Shown: positions 20,571-27,999 of the stretch, piece after piece
How positions within the stretch are numbered: the stretch's first letter is position 1
Layout: each line of letters begins with the position of its first letter
DNA from: Pseudoalteromonas tetraodonis
GTDB lineage: Bacteria > Pseudomonadota > Gammaproteobacteria > Enterobacterales > Alteromonadaceae
Direction: 5' to 3'
Assembly (NCBI RefSeq): GCF_002310835.1
Contig: NZ_CP011042.1
Location: forward strand, 90,001 to 122,000
Length of the DNA stretch: 32,000 nucleotides
Translations under genes and position numbers: made by a program
The notes under the pieces: generated by a model
The model's input: only the letters and a program-made list of their open reading frames with translations
Database searches by the model: none
What the model was told of the DNA's origin: nothing

Positions 20571-20785
20571 TTTATTACTCGAGGCTACAGCGTTATCATT
20601 ACTAAAGTATAAACCAGACTACAAATTTAGCTCGTTTTACATTAATCAAAGCAGCGATGTTAGCTACCTATGTTTTATTTAATAGTTGGCAAATATAGGA
20701 AAGTAGCTCTTGTTATTCACGAATTTAGGAATCGTGTTTGGTATAGGCATATACCGCATAGCCAATACGTTAAATAACACTATCA

Positions 20786-22297
20786 CTAAGGGGTTGGTAC
20801 TAATCCTAACGACGCCCTATAAGCTTTTAGCTGTTTGTCGCGGCCAATTTCATCGGTTAGTTTATTCCAGCCTTGTTCTATATTAATCACGGTTTGCTCA
20901 ACAGACTGGGTGTGCCTTAGGTATTTAGCCACTTCAGTGTCGAGTATGTCTCTAAAGTAGCGGTTGTTTTCAAAAATTCTCAAATCAAGAATAATATTGG
21001 CGTTATTAACGGTTTTAGAAATAGAGCCCAAGTAAAAATGCAGCGTACTTTTACTCATGCCTTGTTTAAGCCAGTTTTTGTGGTTAACTAATTGAGAGGT
21101 ACGATACGGGTTCATACCGGTGGCACCTATGGTCACATCTTCATTCGATTGCAAAGGCTGAGTAACATACGACAAGTAGTTATAAGCGAGGTTTTTTTTG
21201 TGTTTTGAGCTGGCATTATTAATTGAGCCTACCCAACCACCAAAAGCTGCATAAGGAGCATAATTAATATCGCCAATGGCAAACGGGCATAAGTTAGCAT
21301 TGCAACGTTCAAGCTGGCCTGTTTTACGGTTTAATACCTCAGTAGTTCCGGGCAATATACTCACCCCTGTTTTGTTTTTTACTTTAGATTCAGGTAACAC
21401 GGCCATAGTACCAATGTCGCCCCATTCAATGGCTAAGGCGCAGCGACCGCTTATAAACGCATACCTTACATCGTTGGTATCAAAGTAAAGCTCATCAGCA
21501 GAGCCAAATTCAGTGGTTTTTTTATAAATTTTTAAGGCTTTTTTAAAGGCATCGTTATTCACTAATGGCGCCATAGTTCTTGTATTAAAAAATATGCCTT
21601 GAGAAGTGCCTTTGCTTTGCAAAAAACTGCCCGCAATCGAAAGCAAAGACCAATACGATTGCTCATTGGCTTTTTTAGAAATACACGAGCCAAAATCGCC
21701 CTCGCCATCCCCGTTCATATCAACGCCATTTAACTGCTTGGCAATAGCAAGGTAATCATCCCAGGTTCTAGGTGGAGCCAAACCATATTTTTCTAAAATA
21801 TCGAGGCGGTAATAAAGTAAATGTATATCACCATCGAGCGGAATCGAGTAAATTTGGCCGTTATATTTAGAGCTAAAGTCTCTAAAAAAACGCGATACAT
21901 CATTCCATTCAATTAAAGGGTCGGAGGCAATGTAATTATCTAAACGCGCTAAGTAATTATTTTCTGCAAAATCCACCATCCAGAGTGAGGCGTAAGCAAT
22001 AATATCGTATTGGCTCGTTGGCGAGCTTAAATCTTTGTTTATTTCGTTATATAACTGGCCAAAAGGCACTTTGGTGACATTAACTTTAATACCGGTTTGT
22101 TGTTCAAACTCTAGGCCACGTTGAATTAAAGGTTTGCTAATGATGGTGCCTAAATCAACTGTAAGCACATTGAGCTGGGTAGTAGCTTGTTGTGGTGTGC
22201 TTGGTTGGCTTTCTATTTTAGAGTGGGGCAGGGTAATTTGCGCAACGCATTGAAAAGCCATCATTAAGCTTATAACTAAAGCAAATACAACTCTCAT
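20786..22297 (-). CDS. Extracellular solute-binding protein, family-1-like (orphan)
   Basis: About 503 aa from ATG 22297, with signal peptide MRVVFALVISLMMAFQCVAQ. Its size and sequence style fit sugar-type ABC binding proteins. There is no permease or ATPase gene nearby. Confidence 0.65.
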   Translation of the reverse strand: MRVVFALVISLMMAFQCVAQITLPHSKIESQPSTPQQATTQLNVLTVDLGTIISKPLIQRGLEFEQQTGIKVNVTKVPFGQLYNEINKDLSSPTSQYDIIAYASLWMVDFAENNYLARLDNYIASDPLIEWNDVSRFFRDFSSKYNGQIYSIPLDGDIHLLYYRLDILEKYGLAPPRTWDDYLAIAKQLNGVDMNGDGEGDFGSCISKKANEQSYWSLLSIAGSFLQSKGTSQGIFFNTRTMAPLVNNDAFKKALKIYKKTTEFGSADELYFDTNDVRYAFISGRCALAIEWGDIGTMAVLPESKVKNKTGVSILPGTTEVLNRKTGQLERCNANLCPFAIGDINYAPYAAFGGWVGSINNASSKHKKNLAYNYLSYVTQPLQSNEDVTIGATGMNPYRTSQLVNHKNWLKQGMSKSTLHFYLGSISKTVNNANIILDLRIFENNRYFRDILDTEVAKYLRHTQSVEQTVINIEQGWNKLTDEIGRDKQLKAYRASLGLVPTP

Positions 22298-22332
22298 AAA
22301 AAACTCAACCACAGCAATATGTAATTACTACT

Positions 22333-23115
22333 CTAGTCTATATTTTGCGGAAAGGGAAAAGGCAGGTAATTGTAAGCAACAAACAACGCCTCTAACTCAC
22401 CACTGGCAAGTAATTTTGCAAATCCGGCGTCAAAAATTTGTGCTAACTCGCGGCCTTTGGCGTTATCGGTAAAGGCAATGTATTGTTTTACAGGCACAAT
22501 GTTTTCGATTTGATACTGCTGTGGGTCAAAATTCATTTTTGATAACTCAGTGGCGTTAGCAATCAGGGTTTGCTGCAGCGCTTTACGGTTATCTAAAAAG
22601 AAATCAAGCCTATCGAGCTTAAGCATTTTAACGCCTTCAATTCGCTGGGTAACCTGCTGCAAATCAATCGGCACATACAAATAATTATTGTAGTTAGCGC
22701 CCCTTAACGTACCCACCGATCTGTTTTGTAACGAATACTCGCCTTGCCAATTTTTAAACCGGCTTTTTTTAAACATCGCCGACACAAAAGTAATATCGTA
22801 ATGCCACACCGGAAAGTACAAGCCTTCTACCTCATTTTGCCTTGCGCTTAACATGGCATCGGCATTGCCATTGGCCGTCCATAGGTAGGCACGAGACTGA
22901 GGCACAATCATAATATTAAGTTCAATCGATTGTGCAGCAAAAATTTTAGTAAGCATATCAACATAAAGGCCAGAGCCGTCTTTTTCTACTAGCCCGTCAA
23001 TGGTGTCGGTAGCCAGTACAATTTTTTTAATATCGCTCGACGCCCAACCACTGCTAGGCACGCCTAAACAAAGCGCTAAAAGTACAGCTAATAACCACCT
23101 AAACCTAACATTCAT
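22333..23115 (-). CDS. Periplasmic solute-binding protein, family-3-like (orphan)
   Basis: About 260 aa from ATG 23115 (GAGGTG 9 nt upstream), with signal peptide MNVRFRWLLAVLLALCLGVPSSGWA. The ORF-track start at 23166 is probably an over-extension. Confidence 0.6.
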   Translation of the reverse strand: MNVRFRWLLAVLLALCLGVPSSGWASSDIKKIVLATDTIDGLVEKDGSGLYVDMLTKIFAAQSIELNIMIVPQSRAYLWTANGNADAMLSARQNEVEGLYFPVWHYDITFVSAMFKKSRFKNWQGEYSLQNRSVGTLRGANYNNYLYVPIDLQQVTQRIEGVKMLKLDRLDFFLDNRKALQQTLIANATELSKMNFDPQQYQIENIVPVKQYIAFTDNAKGRELAQIFDAGFAKLLASGELEALFVAYNYLPFPFPQNID

Positions 23116-23558
23116 TGTAAGTAACACCTCGGTACTTAAACACAGCAACACCAACAGTATATTCATACTAGAAAAAGTTGAATAACGATCTTATGGGTAA
23201 ACATAGCACACTATAATGACCAATAAGTGAACGGTGCAAAATAGCATCATTTTAACTCTAAAGTGGTTAATTAATAACCCTATTTTTAAGGGGATTAAAG
23301 CAAGTGTTTGCAGAGTTTAACAAGCGATAATGATTTAAACAGCTGCGCGTATTTTTTATACAACCTAAACCTTTTCAAAGGTGTAGAGCTATTAGGTAAA
23401 AGTGTAAATAACATGGATTTATAAGGTTAAACAGTGCTTTTTTGTAATAAAAACATACTACTTAGGGCGTATATATTGCTGTGGCTCTATATTTTTAAAT
23501 GTTGATACTGTAGATTAGTTATAAATGAATGCCAGATTAATAAATAAACCAAGGAGCG

Positions 23559-24167
23559 GTGAATTTAGTGCCCACTAAAACACTCAATTACTACAATCAA
23601 AACGCACAAAGCTTCAGCGATTCAACGCTCAATGTTGATATGTCGGCGCTTTACGCTGAGTTTTTACCGCTTATCCCTAAACACGGCCATATATTAGATG
23701 CAGGCTGCGGTAGTGCCCGCGATGCCATGTATTTTAAACAGCAAGATTTTACTGTTAGCGCATTTGACGCAAGTCCCGAGCTTGCAAAGTTAGCCAGTAA
23801 TTACTTACAGCAAGCCGTTGAGGTTAAAACCTTTCAGCAACTTAATTGTACTAATAAGTACGATGGCATTTGGTGTTGCGCCAGCTTATTGCACGTTCCA
23901 AAAGTAGAGTTACCGCAGGTGTTTTTAAAACTGCAAAATGCCCTAAAACCAAACGGTGTTTTGTATGTATCGTTTAAATATGGCACGCAAGAGCGCGTGC
24001 ATAACGGCCGCGAATTTACCGATTTAAATGAAGATGGCCTAACCGCATTAATTGCCCACCACACCGAGCTTAAAATACTAAAACAATGGCACAGTGTTGA
24101 TCAGCGCCCAGAGCGCGAAAGTGAAGTGTGGCTCAATGCATTAATTAAAGCAGTGCCTGTTTTATGA
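23559..24167 (+). CDS. Small class-I SAM-dependent methyltransferase (small-molecule/RNA type, not a recognisable DNA MTase)
   Basis: 202 aa. Motif I ILDAGCGSARDA, post-I acidic residue in SAFDASPE, then DGIWCCASLLHV and LKPNGVLYVSF. No (D/N/S)PP(Y/F/W), PCQ or ENV motifs. Start is GTG 23559 or GTG 23568 (AAGGAG at 23551-23556). The stop overlaps the next start. Confidence 0.8.
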   Translation: MNLVPTKTLNYYNQNAQSFSDSTLNVDMSALYAEFLPLIPKHGHILDAGCGSARDAMYFKQQDFTVSAFDASPELAKLASNYLQQAVEVKTFQQLNCTNKYDGIWCCASLLHVPKVELPQVFLKLQNALKPNGVLYVSFKYGTQERVHNGREFTDLNEDGLTALIAHHTELKILKQWHSVDQRPERESEVWLNALIKAVPVL

Positions 24168-25702
24168 GTCATGCAATGCAGCAACAACTCGACTTTATTG
24201 CGTATATTCAGCGCATGCTGGTTGAGGGCGATTTTAGTGCAACCTACAAATTTGCATTGCTGCATGCTTTGGCTGATGTATGTGTTGAACAGCCACTTCA
24301 GTCAGAGCAAAGTGAACTAGTCATAGAACTGCCAACGCTTGCTGACAAACTCATTACCTTGTATTGGCATCATGCAATGCCGTTTCCCTCAGAACATACT
24401 GGTGAAAGTGCATTGCTTTTACAAAATACCGGTGCGCAATCAAAAGTAATTAGCGTATTGTTTGAATGCCAACAAAACAATATTCGTAACGTACGCCAGC
24501 TAAAGCAAAGTGGTTTTTACAAGCCGACTTTTAATGCCGCTATGGCAACCTTAAAAAGTGGCCCACTTTGGCGCTTACAAATACTTGCCAAGCAAGAAGA
24601 GTGCTTTTTATATCCGCATACTAAAAACCCTAAATACATTACTTTGAATGCAGGCATTGCTAGTTGTTTTAGGCGTTTTTACGATCTAGTAACGTATTTA
24701 GCTAAAAATGCGTGGCTACAAAAAATTCAAAGCATAAAGCACAACCAAACACTTATTGGCCCGCAAAGCCAACTGCATGATTTTTTATTTGGCTTTGACC
24801 GTAACGCACTCACCAAAGCAAAACCTGTTTTGGTAGAGCTGCAATCAAACAGCTGTTTTTATTGCCAAAAGCCAATGAAAAACGATGTTGAAGTCGATCA
24901 TTTTATACCGTTTGCCCGCTACGCAAACGACTTAGGCCATAATTTTGTGGCAGCGCATCGCACATGTAATAACAATAAACGTGACTTTTTAGCTGCACAG
25001 CAGCACCGCGAGCGTTGGCAAAAGCAAAACTTGGTTGTTAACAGCCAAATTATTAGTAACGAGCTAAGTGCGTATTTTCACTGCGATGCAGATAAATCTC
25101 TCGCAGTAAGCAATTGGGCCTATCAGGTGGCACAAGCCAACAACGCAAAATTATGGCTTGGGAATAAAGACCATTTTGAACAAGCAAAACCAACTGCTGA
25201 GTTGTTTACGTTTCCAAATGCACCACAACCTGAATTAGATCAAATCGCTGAGCCCGAAGTTAGCTTAAAATCAATTGATGATGCGCTAAAGCTGCCGTAC
25301 TTCCCCAATATAAAAATAGCCTGTGGGCATTTTAAAACAGGGGATGAAAGCGATATGGAGTTGATGGATGCACCACTTGGTGCAGGTAAGCTCGACCCGC
25401 AAGTGCATTTTTTAGCGCACGCATCGGGTAACTCTATGAATGGTGGTAAGCACCCAATACTTGATGGTGATTTACTGCTACTTGAGCTTATAACGTCCGA
25501 TAAAGCAGGATCGTTACGCGGCCAAATAGTGGCGATAGAGCGAGATGATATAGGCGGGGAAGGGCAGTATTTACTGCGTAAGGTTAATAAATTACCTAAC
25601 GGGCAATATGAGCTAATCGCTCAAAACCCCGATTACGAAGTAATGATTGCTGATGAAAGCATGCGAACTTTCGCGCGGTTTAAACAAGTGGTTGCAGAGT
25701 AG
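24164..25702 (+). CDS. Three-part protein: unknown N-terminal domain + HNH nuclease + C-terminal LexA/UmuD-like S24 autoprotease module
   Basis: 512 aa. HNH signature C231-FYC-Q..EVDHFIPF..GHNFVAAHRTCNNNKRDF (aa 231-275). The C-terminal ...IAC387/G388HF...GNS424MNGG..ILDGDLLLLE..GQIVAIE....LLRK473V...ELIAQNPDYEVMI aligns by eye with LexA GMSMKD.IMDGDLLAV..GQVVVAR..TVKRL..LLPEN. Confidence 0.8.
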   Translation: MSHAMQQQLDFIAYIQRMLVEGDFSATYKFALLHALADVCVEQPLQSEQSELVIELPTLADKLITLYWHHAMPFPSEHTGESALLLQNTGAQSKVISVLFECQQNNIRNVRQLKQSGFYKPTFNAAMATLKSGPLWRLQILAKQEECFLYPHTKNPKYITLNAGIASCFRRFYDLVTYLAKNAWLQKIQSIKHNQTLIGPQSQLHDFLFGFDRNALTKAKPVLVELQSNSCFYCQKPMKNDVEVDHFIPFARYANDLGHNFVAAHRTCNNNKRDFLAAQQHRERWQKQNLVVNSQIISNELSAYFHCDADKSLAVSNWAYQVAQANNAKLWLGNKDHFEQAKPTAELFTFPNAPQPELDQIAEPEVSLKSIDDALKLPYFPNIKIACGHFKTGDESDMELMDAPLGAGKLDPQVHFLAHASGNSMNGGKHPILDGDLLLLELITSDKAGSLRGQIVAIERDDIGGEGQYLLRKVNKLPNGQYELIAQNPDYEVMIADESMRTFARFKQVVAE

Positions 25703-25711
25703 TTTGTAGTC

Positions 25712-25983
25712 GCGCTTTAACTTGTAGTCGCTGAGCTTGCTCGCGCGAAAGCGCAGCTTTTAAATTTGTAGGTCGTGCCGTAGGCGAGAGTTTACCTCGC
25801 GCTTTTAAAGTGAAGGAATTGGCTTGAGCCGTGATTTATATATGATTTTGGGAAAGGGATTAAAAACCTTTATTCGAGGTTCTATCGCGTTGGCGATGGC
25901 AACCAAAGAGAGGCTGCCGCCGACCTCTCTCTGGACTCTCTCGGCGCACCCGAGGATCACACTGTGTCCTCAAGTTAAAAATT
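25712..25983. repeat. ~272-bp intergenic repeat, direct copy 1 (REP-like GTAG palindromes plus a structured module)
   Basis: Aligns with 26150-26422 at an offset of 438 bp. Contains TTGTAG(G/T)C motifs and GTAGGCGAGAGTTTACCTCGCGC, the inverse of the 10.4-kb REP arm. Confidence 0.85.
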
Positions 25984-26068
25984 GATGTGAACGTAATCGC
26001 CGTGTATTCGCCATCCATGGCGAAGTCACGGCTTAACTTGCATCCATGCAAGTGATTACTCATCAATT
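25885..26068. repeat. 184-bp structured module, left arm of the long inverted repeat
   Basis: Its reverse complement aligns over its full length with 31278-31461. Three internal hairpins: 25903-25934, 26007-26024 and 26036-26053. Confidence 0.85.
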
Positions 26069-26149
26069 TATAACTTTTGGGTGTGATCACGGGGAATTGG
26101 AGTGTGCTGGTAGATTGGTGTTTATGAATGTAGGCGGGAATTTATATCA

Positions 26150-26422
26150 GGCTTTTAACTTGTAGGCGTAGAGCTTGTTCGTGCGAAAAGCGCAGCTTTT
26201 AAATTTGTAGGTCATGCCGTGGTGGGAGTTTACCTCGCGCTTTTAAAGTGTAGGAATTGGCTTTTGCCGTGATTTTACATGGTTTTGGGAAAAGGGATTT
26301 AATAACCTCTATTCGAGGTTTTATCGCGTTGGCGATGGCAACCAAAGGGCGAATACCGCCGACCGTCCTTTGGAATCCCACGGCGCACCCGAGGATCATA
26401 CTGTTCTCTCAATTTTAAAATT
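26150..26422. repeat. ~272-bp intergenic repeat, direct copy 2
   Basis: Same order of motifs as 25712-25983. Ends 11 nt before the ATG of the 518-aa gene. Confidence 0.85.
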
Positions 26423-26433
26423 TAAGGATAAAA

Positions 26434-27990
26434 ATGAGTTGTATATGCGAAGTTCAGAATTGTAATTTTGATACTTTTAAACAAAGTAGCATGTGTGTTT
26501 TACATATGGAGAAAAAAAATCTAAATTCTAAAGAGCTAAATTGCGTTGCTAAAGATTTTGATAATAAGCTTGTGTCATATGTTATTGACTACTTAGATAA
26601 GCACGAAGAAAAAACAGCACAGTCACTCAATGATAATGACTTGAAAAGTTACCTTTTAGAAAATACCGAAGTACACTCTTTTCCCCAAATCAGAATAAAC
26701 GATAGGTTAAAACACGCTATTACTTTTGATCACATCAGCTTTCCAAAAACTGAGAGTTTCACTGGATTTAACTTCATAAAAATATTAAATAAAATTAAAA
26801 AGATTCACTTTAATTACTGCTTTTTTGAATGTAATTATTTTAAACTCAAGGACACTCAAACTTTTTATCAAGATTGTACTTTTCTAAATCGGTGGGATGT
26901 GGGTAAGACAGATATATTAGCAAACGAAAATAGTGTGCTCTTTCAAGATTGTGAATTTCAAGAAGATGTGAGCATTAGCAAACAAAGCCCTTTAGAGTTC
27001 AGTTTATTTAATAATTGTAAGTTCCTTAAAACACTTGAGCTATCGAATCAGTTAATTAACTCCTCACCTTTTAATAATACCGATAAAGTCGATTTGAAAT
27101 GTTCAAAATTAAAAATAGAAAATTGTATATTTTCAGCTAAGTTTTTGTTCAACAATACAAAGCTCGATGAAGTTATTATCAAAGATTCTATATTTGAAGA
27201 AAAATTCGAGTTCAAAGAGAACTTCGTAGATAAATTTGAAATAATAAATTCAAATTTCAAGAAGTTATTTGATGCATATAAAACAAAATTTATAAACTTT
27301 AGATCATTTAAAAGTATTTACGATGACTTTGTAGGTTTTGAAAAATGTCAGTTTGGTATTTCTGAAAAAAATAGCGAAGAAGTAGGCTCAGTATCAAGTT
27401 TTACTTATACAACGTTTATGAGCTTTACTAATTTTAGAAATACGAAGTTTAATTCAGGTTTGGATCTTAAAAATACTAACTTAAAAGAACCACCAAACTT
27501 TTTAAATACAGAGTTGTACACTAAGTTTACTAATCGAGAAACTTTCAGAGTAATAAAAGATTCATTTGATAAGATCGGCAATCATATAGAAGCTAATCGA
27601 TTTTTTGTTGGTGAAATGCAGAAATATAGAGAAGAATTAAAATTAAAAGAAGGTTGGTCGCAAGAAAAGGTTATTTTCCATTTAAATTATTTGGTATCAG
27701 ATTTTGGAAGTAGTTATGTTAGACCTATAATGTGGATACTGTTAACTCTTTATGTATTTGATTTATTAGTAATAGGCTATGAAAAAAATCTACTTTATAA
27801 AGTTGTACCCATTTACAACCAAGAAATAGCTGCTGTCGCTGGATTCTTAAATAGTATTGCATCATATGCTTTACCTTTTAAAAAATTTCTTTTACCAGGT
27901 ATGGAGCTAATTAGTTTAGTTTTTTATATCATAATCATTAGCCTAGTTTGGCAGGCTGTTAATGCATTAAAAAGACATACCAAAAGGTAG
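26434..27990 (+). CDS. AT-rich gene for a membrane-anchored protein: N-terminal Cys cluster + ~20-25-aa beta-helix/pentapeptide-like repeats + C-terminal TM helices
   Basis: 518 aa. N-terminus C3-x-C5-x4-C10-x10-C21-xx-H24. Repeated F.(D/N)C.F-type units (FYQDCTF, LFQDCEF, LFNNCKF, IENCIF, IKDSIF, IINSNF, FEKCQF). Hydrophobic helices at about aa 430-449, 465-482 and 490-511. AAGGA RBS. Markedly lower G+C than its neighbours (15 G+C in the 60 nt at 27181-27240). Confidence 0.75.
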   Translation: MSCICEVQNCNFDTFKQSSMCVLHMEKKNLNSKELNCVAKDFDNKLVSYVIDYLDKHEEKTAQSLNDNDLKSYLLENTEVHSFPQIRINDRLKHAITFDHISFPKTESFTGFNFIKILNKIKKIHFNYCFFECNYFKLKDTQTFYQDCTFLNRWDVGKTDILANENSVLFQDCEFQEDVSISKQSPLEFSLFNNCKFLKTLELSNQLINSSPFNNTDKVDLKCSKLKIENCIFSAKFLFNNTKLDEVIIKDSIFEEKFEFKENFVDKFEIINSNFKKLFDAYKTKFINFRSFKSIYDDFVGFEKCQFGISEKNSEEVGSVSSFTYTTFMSFTNFRNTKFNSGLDLKNTNLKEPPNFLNTELYTKFTNRETFRVIKDSFDKIGNHIEANRFFVGEMQKYREELKLKEGWSQEKVIFHLNYLVSDFGSSYVRPIMWILLTLYVFDLLVIGYEKNLLYKVVPIYNQEIAAVAGFLNSIASYALPFKKFLLPGMELISLVFYIIIISLVWQAVNALKRHTKR

Positions 27991-27999
27991 GTTTTTTTA

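Noticed and set aside
23167-23558. LexA (SOS) box upstream of the methyltransferase/HNH operon, and upstream of the helicase gene (31153-31277)
   Set aside because: I scanned by eye for CTGT-N8-ACAG. Only half-matches were seen (ACTGTAGATTAGTTATAAAT near 23508, CTGTTTGCGAGCATTCAG near 31163), which is not enough to claim SOS regulation.
23559-24167. Calling the methyltransferase + HNH pair a conventional type II R-M system
   Set aside because: The methyltransferase lacks DNA-MTase catalytic motifs and a target-recognition domain. Only the coupling is reported, not an R-M call.
25860-26399. Minus-strand ORFs of 76 aa (25860-26090) and 66 aa (26199-26399)
   Set aside because: Both lie entirely inside the non-coding repeat modules. 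The two repeat copies do not preserve a common reading frame, and there are no RBS or protein-like features.
25712-26422. Flanking repeats (with 31278-31461) as integron attC sites or IS ends
   Set aside because: I could not find RYYYAAC/GTTRRRY core sites. There is no intI or transposase gene in the window. The cassette genes are large and convergent, unlike integron cassettes. The repeats also share arms with REP-like units elsewhere in the window.
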